Shown one piece after another: positions 26,662 to 38,415 of a stretch of DNA of 64,000 nt. The first letter of the stretch is position 1. Each line of letters opens with the position of its first letter. The position numbers and the translations under genes were made by a program. Source of the stretch: Chrysomallon squamiferum (lineage: Eukaryota > Animalia > Mollusca); NCBI GenBank assembly GCA_012295275.1, contig CM022668.1, positions 9,114,001-9,178,000 on the forward strand, written 5' to 3'. The notes beneath the pieces were generated by a model, which was given only the letters and a program-made list of their open reading frames with translations, ran no database searches and had not been told where the DNA came from.

Positions 26662-28640
26662 AATTCCTTAACATTAAACAATTCTATTCCATACAGATGT
26701 TAAATGCTGCTTACATTTTCTACAGTGATTATTTAAAAGTTTAAGATTTTAGTGTAATTTATCAATAATCACCTGTGTTAATGAAGGAAGATAAAAGACC
26801 AAAAAATAAAAATAAAAATAAAAGGCATAATTTTTTGAGGTAGTTGGCAAAATACTGTTCTTTTAATATCTATTTATTTTTTATAATTAAAAAAAAAATT
26901 TTTTTTTTTTTTCAATCTGAAGGGTAGAGACAAAACACAACACAGCTGCGCATTTGTTTGAATATTAACAACAGCAAAAACAACAGTAGTAGTAAGAATA
27001 CTACTATTCACAAAATACAATATGTATTATCGTTATATTATGATTTATTTTAGTAATATTAATAATTTTTTCTTTCTGATTTAACACTGATTACTAGTGG
27101 AATTTTGAAACTGACATACAAGTATTCAGTAGTTTCATTTCTCAAACAAATGCAAAATTTCATGCATGATTATTTACACTGAAATATCTTTAAATCTTTC
27201 ATCATTAATTTCAACAAAGATTATGTGTTTTTTAAATATTTAAAATAAATATCTTTTTACAAAAAAAATAAAATAAAGAAACTCCACTAGTATTTCAGTA
27301 GTTATTATGAATATCAACTTTCTTTTCATAAAAACTAAACTTTACAAAATGTATTATTTTATTATAAATAATTATTCTTCGACTAAATACATTTGAAACA
27401 TTCAATTGTTATTCAAACTGTATTAATTATTTCATCACTTTAAAATCTGCGAAGAGACAATGAGAAATTAATTTTAAAATTATATAATTACTTCTAAACA
27501 CATTATTTAATTTACATTATAAATAACATGATTTAAATAAATTTATGGAAAAAAATAACAATGTTCAAAAAGGAAACTATATTTAGAAAAATGACATGGG
27601 AATTCTCATTATAATGTATGAAAAATAATAATAATTGGTGTTTGCCTTTTTAAGCAGTTTGAAACTTTTAAAACTAATCATAAATTTGTCTTATTATTAT
27701 TCTCATCACAGTTTATTTCATAACATTAGTATTATTATAAACCATTTTACAAAAAGAAAGAGAAAGTAAAATATTACTGGTAACTAATTTAATATCTTTC
27801 AACTCTGAATAACATTACCATTTTTACAATGTAAAAACAGAATATGCATAAATAATTTGGTCTTCATAATATTATTTCATATATTTTTTTTAATAAGGAT
27901 AGCACATTTGTATCTATATTATTAAAAAAAAATTGTTATCCTTTTTCATTCATTTTTTAAAACAAAGTTAATATTTTCAACCAAAAAAATATATAAATAT
28001 GATAACTAAATAAATAAACAATAACTTCAAAAACATTGTTATCCAAACAATATAGATAAAAAATTTCCCCAAATGTCTTCCATGATTAACAAGAAAAAAA
28101 TGTTTAAATTTTTTCAATTCTGTTTAGTTTAGAATTTGTCTGAAAACATACAACCTGTAATAAACATCAACCTGGATAATCAGGACAGATATATACATTT
28201 TTTTTTCTATCCAGATTACATTTTTAGACCAGAAATGTCTTTTAGAAATCTTTAACAAAAATTTCAGAGACCATCTTCACATTTCTTTTTTCAAGATAAA
28301 CTCCACCACAGTCAAATCAATTTTTTTTTTTTTTTTTTTCACTTTTCCTTTCTTAATTTTAAAATTAAGAAAAATATCCATCCTCTTCTTTTTTCAAATT
28401 TTTCAAATTTTTGAATTTTGTGTACACAGTAACAACCTGCTTCTTCCCCTCAGACAACACAAAACAAAAATGAAAAAGAAATATTGGCGGAAGCTCTACA
28501 AAAGGTTAACGAGTTTGTAGAATCACAAGCGCTTTTTCAGGCACAGGCACCAAAACCGTGTACCTGTTGTTATAAATACAAGGATATACACAATTTTTAT
28601 TATTTTTTTTTAAATTTTTGTTTTGTTTAACCCCTTCTTT

Positions 28641-28766
28641 TTACACTTTTATGTCATCTTGGCTAGACAGGCTGGCGAGAGTTTTTCTAATTCTGAGAGC
28701 AGTCAATCGTGCTGCTGCGTTTGGATACCAGCATTCCTTCATCAGCTTCGCCATCACGTGCAGAGA
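28641..28766 (-). CDS. TGFBR1: Type I receptor exon 10 (terminal)
   Basis: [41 protein letters not shown]. The ten exons sum to 1548 nt (515 aa plus stop). Confidence 0.95.
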   Translation of the reverse strand, partial: SLHVMAKLMKECWYPNAAARLTALRIRKTLASLSSQDDIKV

Positions 28767-29744
28767 CTGAAAGATTGGTTCATTTTATTAAATTTCAGTA
28801 AAAAAAAATTAAAAAATAAAACAACAGATTGATTTATTTCCCGAATTTTAATGACTGAAAGATTTGTTCATTTTATTAAATTTCAGTAAAAAAACCAACA
28901 ACAACAAAAAAAAAAAACACCTACAAATTGATTTATTTCACGAATTTTAATGACTGAAAGATTTGTTAATTTTATTAAATTTCAGTATAATTATAATTTT
29001 AATTATGATGTAATTTAATTGTTAAAAACTATCTTGTGAAAAAAATAAGGATAGTTTTAAAGTTAAGGAATTTAAAAAATAATGAATATAGATTTAAGTT
29101 TAAATCAGGAAATTTAAATATGAAACAATTTAAACATTAAAAATAAAAGGAATACAGTTTAAATTTAAGCCAGGAATTTTAAATATAAGATATTTATAAA
29201 ATTAAAAATAAAGATATCAGTAAAGTGGATAGGAGACTAATATAGTCATTTATCTTTACCAGTGATCCTACCACTAAATAGGCATTATAAAAAAAAAAAA
29301 AATAATTTTTTATAAATGTACTACAAAAATAATGCATACCATTTTCTAAGAAATGTGGATTGCAAAATGTATTTTTATATTTAATACACAATAAATAAAA
29401 ATATCAGTATGAAACAGAATGCCTAAGGAATCTGAAAGGCAAAATAATTATAATTTATAGAAGTTGTGACATCTGAAGCTCAGTAATAAAAGGAATACAA
29501 CTGTCAAGGAATTTGAAACGTAAAATAATTTTTAATCTTAATTTCTAATTCAAAATAACAAATAGCTTCCTTGAGAAATTTGAAATTTCCACAAAGCAAA
29601 TCATTTTAATTCTGCATCACATTTCTCTGACCCAAGGACAGCCCTCATGGTGCCAGATCTGAGCTGGACATGGGTCACCTCTGGAAAAAATAAAAAGGCT
29701 AGCTGCAAAATGAATGTGTGCGATATTAAGAAAACAAGAAATAC

Positions 29745-29875
29745 CTCCAAACTTTGCCATCTGTTTGGAATGGCTGGTCTGTGTTTGTCCAGGCAAACAA
29801 CCTTTTTCATATCTTCAAGCGAGGGATCGGAAGGTACTAAGTCGTAGTAGGGAAGCTGATAATCTTCGTATATAC
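29745..29875 (-). CDS. TGFBR1: Type I receptor exon 9
   Basis: [43 protein letters not shown] ending at |GTATTT. Confidence 0.95.
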
Positions 29876-30425
29876 CTGAAACGTGTGTAATATCACATCA
29901 TAAATATATGCTAATCCTTCAAGTGAATTTTGGCCCAAAATAACAATGTATACATATACATACGCACAATAATTTTGTACAGTCATTACACACACACATA
30001 TATGAATGTAGACACATACAAACATGTGAAAAAACATAAATATAAATTACATATATAAATATTTTAAATCTAATAAACAACTGTGGGGGTTTTTTTGTCT
30101 TTTTTTTTTATGCTTTTCAGTTGGGTTCTGCAATAAGTAATATGTAAGTCAATTTTATACACAAAATAATAAAAATATCTGCAAACAAATTAATACATTA
30201 ATCATCTGCAGGAGATAAATCACATAATGATGTAGTAAATTTAATTTAATTTAACATGCTTACACATGTGCACGCATGTACTAAAACGTTAATAAAATAT
30301 ATCTTATGTAACAAATAGTTGTTCATTCAAAAATAATGTGCACCAGCCATTTCACAGCAAATTGATTTTAAATGTTTTTCTTTAATTTAAATTTATCAAC
30401 AGCTGCTGCCAACCTTGTAGCAAGG

Positions 30426-30456
<31 letters not shown>

Positions 30457-31147
30457 TATTTAAATAATGATTTTCATGGTTGTTTGTTGTTTGATATTAT
30501 CTAGAGCCAGGTCAATAACTTCATACATATTCAGCCGTTTATAAATGTATTTATGAAAGAAAAAAAAACACCCCATAAAACTACGACTTCAAAGTTACAG
30601 CCTTTAGTATTAACAGTAAACAACTAAAATCTTGAACTTTCAAAATGTAACTAGGTCACCTGTGTACACATGCTTAGAAAGATAAATAAATATATGAATA
30701 AATGAAAAAAAAAAAAAAACACTAATAAATAAATGAAAAATAAAGAAAACGATAATTAAATGAATTAAATAAATAAAATCTAATAAAGTAAATATAAACA
30801 TAATAATAATGATAACAAACCAAATAAAAAAATAAAAAACATAAATAAAGAATTATTAATGAATAACCTGAGAGCATCCCACCAATTGATGTTCATTTTA
30901 CAAAAACAACAAATAAAATCAACAACTGTGAACTGCAAAATTATATAAAAATATATTTTAAAACTATTTGTATGCAACTATTTATAGGCCGATCTCAATA
31001 CAAATCATATTAATTTAATTATTCCAACTATAACAAAAAAAAAACAAATACAATAATCTGCCAGAATTTAAAACTATATATTTAAATCTTTGGCATTCTA
31101 GAACAAAGGTAAAAAATAATTTTGTAACAAATTAAAAATCACTCTAC

Positions 31148-31345
31148 CTCCAACGTTACATCTTCTAGCAATTTCCCACAACACGAGACCAAACGAATAC
31201 ACATCGGCTCTCTTGAACGATTCAAAATGATTCATATTGATTGATTCGTCGATCACTTCTGGAGCCATGTATCGCTTGGTGCCAACTCGGTTGTTGGGTG
31301 CTATGTCAACCGAGTCGGTTTTGGAGTCATGGCGTACTGCCAGGC
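31148..31345 (-). CDS. TGFBR1: Type I receptor exon 8: activation segment
   Basis: [65 protein letters not shown]. Confidence 0.96.
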
Positions 31346-31374
31346 CTGTGAAGATAAATAAAAAATATATCAGT

Positions 31375-31416
<42 letters not shown>

Positions 31417-31464
31417 GTTTGTGCCCTGAGAGAAAAAGAGTCAGTGTATGTGTGTGTGTGTGTG

Positions 31465-31517
<53 letters not shown>

Positions 31518-31776
31518 GAGTGAGAAAGAGAGAGGGGGGAAGGAGAGATTACCAGGATCAGCAATATGAACAGTAAAATACACTGATCCAAACCAGCAAT
31601 ACATTTTGCAGTATTCATTTACCAAAATCAATAATAAATTGCATAATATTCATTAACCAAAATCAGCACAAATTTCATTCACACTAGATGATTTGAGCCA
31701 CATTCATTCAGTGAAATCAGCAATAGTTTTAGTAATATTCATTCACCCTAATCAGCATGTATTTTATACAACTTAC

Positions 31777-31860
31777 CTAGATCAGCAATACAACAAGTGA
31801 TGTTGGCTTTCACTAGAATGTTTTTACTCTTAAGGTCTCTGTGAGCTATGGCTGGTTTAC
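31777..31860 (-). CDS. TGFBR1: Type I receptor exon 7: catalytic loop
   Basis: [28 protein letters not shown] ending at |GTAAGT. Confidence 0.96.
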
Positions 31861-32086
31861 CTGAAAGTAAAAAAAAGATTTATTTATATTTTGTAGTCTT
31901 CAGTCTGCAATCCTTGCCCTTTTTGTGTGTTTTTCAATTTGCTACTTTTATCATAAAAAAAAAAAAAACCACTAAAATTTTCAGATACAAATAATATGTA
32001 TCTGTTTATGCATAGAAAATAAACACCACATAATTATTGCAAATTATCTTATTCTTTATTTCTTTTTTAGGGAAATCAATACAAAC

Positions 32087-32254
32087 CTTGCTGTCCCAAG
32101 ATTTCCATATGCAAATGAGCCAGGCCACTGACAGCTGACAAAGCAAGACGGATCATTATGCTTGGAGAAACTGGCTGACGGTTGAGGTAGTCGAACAGTG
32201 AACCGTTTTCATGGTTGTCAGTTATCAACCATAGCTGTGTCCATGTTCCATTAT
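32087..32254 (-). CDS. TGFBR1: Type I receptor exon 6: L45 loop and hinge
   Basis: [38 protein letters not shown]. The L45 loop ADNKDNGTWTQ is the Smad2/3-specifying ALK4/5/7 type. Confidence 0.96.
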
Positions 32255-32394
32255 CTGAAAAGAACGAAAATGATTTTTTTTTTTTTTTAATTTTAATTTT
32301 TAAAGTTTGCTAATTGTGTAAATGTGCCTTGTGATCTTCTTAGCTCGAGCTGGATGCCAGGTTATGCCATTTTTATTATTTTGATCTTTGGTCG

Positions 32395-32800
32395 AATAAA
32401 CAAAACAATTAAAAACGTATCTCTGCTAAAATAAACTGTGCAATTTAAAACTTATCTCTTAAAATAAACAGCACAATTTAAAACTTATCTTTAGTAAAAT
32501 AAACAGCACAATTTAAAACTTATCTTTAGTAAAATAAACAGCAAAATTTAAAACTTATCTTCAGTAAAATAAACAGCACAATTTAAAACCTATCTTTGGT
32601 AAAACAAACAGCACAATTTAAAACTTCTCTCTGTTTATTTTAACAGCACAATTTAAAACCTATCTTTGGTAAAACAAACAGCACAACTTAAAACTTATCT
32701 CTGTTAAAACAAACAGCACAACTTAAAACTTATCTCTGTTAAAATAAACTGCACAATTTAAAATTTATTTCTGTTAAAATAAACAGAACAGTATAAAAAC
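32395..32800. repeat. ~35-bp minisatellite in receptor intron 5
   Basis: Repeated AAAATAAACAGCACAATTTAAAACTTATCT units. Confidence 0.9.
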
Positions 32801-32850
32801 TTCACTGAAGCAAACACCAAGTTCTGAAACAGCCTATGACTAAAGCACAC

Positions 32851-33081
32851 CTTTGTTATCTGCGGCTATGAAACCCAGCACATTCTCGTGTCTCAACATA
32901 ACCGTCTGGTAAATCTCTGCCTCCCTGAACCAGGACCTTTCTTCGCGGGATGAGAATATTTTCACAGCGACATTTTCCCCCCTCCATGTTCCCCGCCACA
33001 CCTCCCCGTATCTGCCCTTGCCGATGATTTCACACAGACGAATCTGTCGAGCTATCGTTCGCTGCACAAGAATGGGCAAAC
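32851..33081 (-). CDS. TGFBR1: Type I receptor exon 5: GS domain end and kinase N-lobe
   Basis: [63 protein letters not shown]. Confidence 0.97.
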
Positions 33082-33274
33082 CTGGAATGGAAAAAAGACA
33101 ATCACAGTTTAAAAATAATAATAATTTTAAATTTTTTTTAGATATTATTTATATGTTGTTTATTATCAGACTATATATATGTGCATGCTAATAAAACATT
33201 ATTTAAATAATTTAAATTGTTTATTTATTGTAATATTATTACTGTTAATATTATTATTGTAATATTATTAGTTG

Positions 33275-33305
<31 letters not shown>

Positions 33306-34285
33306 TATCTCCTATTTCAGTTTTTGCTGTTTGTAATAACCATACAATGACTGAATGTAAAAAAAAACAACATAAAATGATAAACATGTATTAATCAAAC
33401 AAAGCTGTTTAAATTACTTAATAATTTATTATAATATAAAATTTTAATATCTGATTCATCATTCGGATTTGATATTGTAGGCTTGGTCAAACAAAAACAG
33501 CTATTTATAAATATTATTTAACAGTTTTTGTTGTTTATTGTAATGACATACACATTACAAAAATAATTAAATGTTAAAACCTTAACAAAAAAGCGATACT
33601 GTTTATATAATTTCAGTTTTTATTAAATCATATCAATATTACAAAAATAAAATAAATGCTTAAATGTACCAAGAAAATAATAATTTGATAATAAATAATT
33701 GCAAAAATAATAAAATAAATTGTTAATGCTTTACCTGTTGACTGCTATGTATTAATGTTAGACAGAGGTAAAAGCAAGCATTTGATAATAAAACTGGTTT
33801 AAAATTTAAATTCATTAAATTTTTCAGTGGAAACTTTACACCTTTTTTAACAAGCCCAACTCAGAATCACTATAAAGGTATCAGAAATTTTTCAATTTCA
33901 AATTTTTAAATAAGAATGGGGGTTTCCATTTGTTTAAACTGATATTTTTAAAATTTAAACTCTAAATTCAGTCCTGAAAACCTACTGAAGTTGCAATTCT
34001 ATTCAAAATACTACAAAATTATCAAGTTCCTGAAATTTTTTGGGACATTTTAAAAGGGAGTAAAACCCAACTGACAATAATCACAGTAACAATATTAGAA
34101 ATTTCCAGATTAAACCATTTTTAAAATTTAAACTAAATCATCCCTGACAAATCTCTAAATGTTGCTAACATACACGCACATGCAAATACACACACACACA
34201 CATGTAAATTAATATGTCACTCACACAGAAAAAAACACACACACATCATTGCATCCACCCTATGCTTGTTTTTATTATTATTCAC

Positions 34286-34522
34286 CTGAACCTGATCCAG
34301 AGTGAGAATCGCAAATTTCTCGAATGGTCTGATTCTGGCAGGGAACCAGTGGGTTCGTTTCCATGTTGGGTTCTGGATCAACGTGAATGTGAGGCCTGTT
34401 CCTGCGATAGTGCTGATACAGAAAGAAAATGACAAGGAACAAAACACACACGCAGACAACTGGAATGGAAATCAGTATCATCATGTTGAGAGCACCAATA
34501 TCGGAATTACTTGAGACTTGTT
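34286..34522 (-). CDS. TGFBR1: Type I receptor exon 4: transmembrane helix and start of GS box
   Basis: MMILISIPVVCVCVLFLVIFFLY transmembrane segment, then ...DSHSGSGS-G. Canonical splice sites. Confidence 0.92.
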
Positions 34523-34878
34523 CTGAAATTTAAAAAATGTTATAATGTAAAAGATGCCGTTGTCATTTTATTAAAGGAATAACTATGAAAAGAAAATCGT
34601 TGAAATATTTTTCGATATAGATTATCAGTTAGACCGCCAGTAAGATAAATAATGCTCATTTTTCCCTCAGAATCCTCACAAATGTATGCACTGCACATAC
34701 GAGCACATGCACACACAAACACACACACACACACACACACACACATCTGTACATAATATAACCACTATTTCTTATTTATATGGATGTACTTAACCAATTG
34801 CATGGAGCTGTAAAACAATAGATTTATACTTATTTTCAGTGTTTCGTTAACTAAAAAACGGGTCATTCGTTCTCATAC

Positions 34879-35048
34879 CTTCTGTTTCTTTCTTTGGTCT
34901 GTCGATGGGTAGCAGCTGAGGAATGTACTTGGTGTTACACATGTCGCTGTCATTGCAGCAGTAGACGTTGATTTCACTGAGAAGATGCTGTGACACCTGG
35001 CACAGAAACGGCCGATCTGGAGGATAAAGATCTTTCTTATCTTTGCAG
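34879..35048 (-). CDS. TGFBR1: Type I receptor exon 3: ectodomain with Cys box
   Basis: CKDKKDLYPPDRPFLCQ...VYCCNDSDMCNTK (CCx5CN cysteine box). Canonical AG/GT ends. Confidence 0.9.
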
Positions 35049-35539
35049 CTGAAATAAACATTCAAAAACACCTATCAGTTTAGTCTTATCACTAGAATAT
35101 CAACTGTTTAATATATGTAGAAAGTCATAGTCTCTTAAAAGTTTAAAATAATTAACCTAATTTTTATAAAAATTAAATATGCATTAAAACATTTCTAGTT
35201 TCAGATTGGCAGCTAACATGGTACTGTTTTGTTTATATCCAGATCCATCTACCTAATATAAAACAAGATATGTGACAGATATCTTATGCCGAACAAACAT
35301 TTATATGAGTTATTTTTCAAGCAATCTGCTTAAGTTCAGATGCCTAGAAGTAACTTCTGATTATTACATAATAACTGCTATGCATGAGATCTGAATTATG
35401 TTTATGACATGCTTACTACTAGTTATGAGTTATTTATTTTGTAAGTTTCGTTTTATTTCACCAAGTAATTTATTTCTGTCCATAACAGTATCTATAAAAC
35501 ACTTTTTGAGAACAAAAGTCATGTCAAAAAATCACTTAC

Positions 35540-35693
35540 TAATAGCTATGAGTTATTTTTTCTGTAAGTTGCTTTGTGTTTTCATCTCTTTCTCTCACAA
35601 CAGTTACAAGGCAGATGCCATCAGTAACACAGGTTCCATTTGTCAACACCGTTGATGTGTGTGAAGGGCACAGTGTGCATTTGCACACAAGAC
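35540..35693 (-). CDS. TGFBR1: Type I receptor exon 2: Cys-rich ectodomain
   Basis: ttttcag|GT.. LVCKCTLCPSHTSTVLTNGTCVTDGICLVTVVRERDENTKQLTEKITHSY..TA|GTAAGT. 154 nt, frame-consistent. Confidence 0.88.
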
Positions 35694-36770
35694 CTGAAAA
35701 TTTAAAGTAACATCTATAAAACTGGGGTGTATACAGAGTCCATAGAGGATGCCTAAAACAGACATTTTATATCTAAAACACAAGGAATATTATTTTCTTT
35801 GAACAAGTGTTATCTAACAAAACAACTTTCAAATAAATTAAAAATCAAAATAACTGACCAGACATTTAAACCTAAATTAAGTCCATGTCAGCAATTATAT
35901 GTACAACTACAAACTGGATTTGAATTTATCTATACCGGTCCTTTGCATTTCAATACACAATATGCAAGCAATATTAAGATACATTTGTATGCACTCTGAT
36001 CTGAAATATATAATTTTATTACTATTTTAACCATGTTACCAGCAGATAGTATGCTTTAATCCTAAAACACTTTTATTAATGCAAAGTTTTCGTAATTTAT
36101 ATGAATTCATGGAATCAAATGCAAGCATTCAGATTCATTTCACCAAATCATTAATACTTATAAAAATGTTTGATAAATTTTACTCAGATGTTAAAAATGA
36201 TTTTTCAATAATGAAGATATAATGAACACATCGTCAAATACTGATAACACTTAGAGAATGGGACTTTTTATAACTATCCACCTTTCTCAGTTTCTCAACT
36301 TTCTGTTGACAGGTTTCTGGTAAATGTCTAAACGTCCCTAAAATTTAACAATACAGACTACTATTGTGAAGCAGTATATAAGCTAATTATGGATAAGATG
36401 AAAGAAGGCCAGAATAAAATAATGTTTTGTTAAAACAAAAGTTCACGGCCTTAACATTAACAATAATATTTACAGTTAATTATGTCGCCGCCTTTAAAAT
36501 AAATTAATATTTGATCAAATATAATAATAAAAATAATGATAATAATGATGATAATAGTAATAATAAATACAACATAAAATTCAATACTGTAAAAGAAATA
36601 AAATAATTCTGCAAATCCTGAAATATGATTATTCCTTCCCATTCCATGTTATGTTAAGCGTGTAAATAAAGTTAGCCATTTTGGAAATTGAATTGCCCCA
36701 AAACCATAACATTGGTATAAATATTGACTTTACAGTCCTTGTGCTGTTGCTGACTGTATTCATATCTTAC

Positions 36771-36819
36771 CACAACACTTTGTTATAAAAAGCAGAATAA
36801 TAACAACAGCAAACTGCAT
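36771..36819 (-). CDS. TGFBR1: TGF-beta/activin type I receptor (ALK4/5/7, baboon-like) exon 1: signal peptide
   Basis: MQFAVVIILLFITKCC-G hydrophobic leader ending at G|GTAAGA. Phase 1 matches exon 2. Confidence 0.75.
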
Positions 36820-36846
36820 GTTCAGATTTGGATACCGCTTGGTAAA

Positions 36847-36882
36847 TCACAAAAACATGAATAATATCCTAAAGGCTTCCAT
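36847..36882 (-). other. Candidate uORF (MEAFRILFMFL*) in the receptor leader, in frame with the main ORF
   Basis: ATG at 36882, TGA at 36847-36849, 27 nt before the main ATG. Preceded by ATG-TAA at 36891-36896. Confidence 0.4.
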
Positions 36883-37099
36883 TAGCCACGTTACATCCTA
36901 AATAGTCTTCTGTTGCCGTCAGAATATAGTTCCAAGAAGACATAACTATATTTTTTTAAATCTAAAATGACAACTATAATTTTATGTAGCAAAATACACA
37001 ATGTTTTCAGAAATAGTTAGTTATGATAATAAAAAATGACATTAATACTGAATAATGTGCCATTTTATGCATGTATCATTACGCCAAAAGTTATCCCAG

Positions 37100-37260
37100 A
37101 TATTTTTATATATTCGGAATACCTAGGTCAAAGTACCGACTTCAAACTTAGCTTGATGACCCAAGGCAGTAGGGCGGCTGCGAAATCTAGGTGGGGGTTT
37201 TGCAGCAGCATGGATAGTTTTGTCTTGCGTGACGTGACGTACACTGTATATTTTCTTTCT
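37100..37260. promoter_or_regulatory. GC/CpG-enriched candidate promoter core between the divergent receptor and PP6 genes
   Basis: Contains AGGGCGG, GCGTGACGTGACGT and AGGTCAAAGT within the 1.5 kb head-to-head interval. Confidence 0.5.
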
Positions 37261-37340
37261 TTTATTTTTTTACGATTAAAAGACATTCGTATTTGGAAGA
37301 TAAAACAACAAGAACAACAACAACAACAACAACAACAACA

Positions 37341-37395
<55 letters not shown>

Positions 37396-37732
37396 AATCA
37401 TAATAAAATGTTTTTCATATATTCCTTATAAAATATAATTTTGCATTTAAAATGAATTAATATTTTAAATGCAATAAAAACGTCTTTTCTTCTGTAATTA
37501 TGGAATCCGAAAATGATACAACTAAATTGTTGTATGACATTTTTTTTTTTTTTTTTTAATTTTAATTGTTTTTTGTTGTTGTTTTTTAATTCAGAGAGAA
37601 AACATTTGACATAAAAGGATAACAAATCTATAACTTGTCGAATTAAATCACAGAACATTAACTGTTTGAATTGTTTCAAGACAGAGTAGATCACTGCAAT
37701 AAATAATCGTTGCCTGTAATTTTGACCGCCCT

Positions 37733-37763
<31 letters not shown>

Positions 37764-38340
37764 TTAAATAAATAAATTTCCCACCCCGTTTTATTTTTTG
37801 GTTGGTCGTGTGAATTGTATATTACGATCTTGGAAATGAATTACATATAGTAAACTTTATAAATGAAAAAATTGGGGAAAAAAATAGAAGAAAGAAAGTA
37901 GTATTTATAGATATTACTATTTTTAAATTGTTATTATTATTACTGTTCATAGCATCTGTAATATGTTATGTAACTTCTTAGTTATTATTAATCATTTAAT
38001 CATTTAATGTTTAAAAAGCAATATATTAAAGTCCTTTTTATATTCATTGTGCGGAAAAAACTAGAGATGGCTATAAACATCTGCATTTGTAAAATTTTAT
38101 CATTACAAAAACAAATCCCCCAAAACAAAAGTTCTATATAAAATAAAGCTTGACAATAATTTTATTTAAATTAATTTTTTTCTTTCCTGTTTCATTTCCA
38201 CTCCCCACTCTCTCTCTGCTCATATGGTTCTAAAGAAAAAGTCTCGATTTTAATTTATTTTAAATCTTATAGTTGAGACCAGACGTTAGAGGTTGAGCCA
38301 ATGAAAAAGTCTGTTATACTGGTAATGTGTCAAGAAAAAA

Positions 38341-38415
38341 ATGAAAATGGTTGATGTTGACAAGTGGATAGAAATTACCAAAGACTGCAAATATTTGCCT
38401 GAAAATGACTTGAAG
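38341..38415 (+). CDS. PPP6C: Protein phosphatase 6 catalytic subunit exon 1
   Basis: MKMVDVDKWIEITKDCKYLPENDLK|GT, matching the PP6/PpV/Sit4 N-terminal CKYLPENDLK. The start could instead be 38347. Confidence 0.92.

Noticed and set aside
37036-37374. 112-aa ORF or structured RNA in the divergent promoter region
   Set aside because: No recognisable protein, tRNA or snRNA motifs, and it ends in poly-Q/I repeats. It is better explained as promoter sequence.
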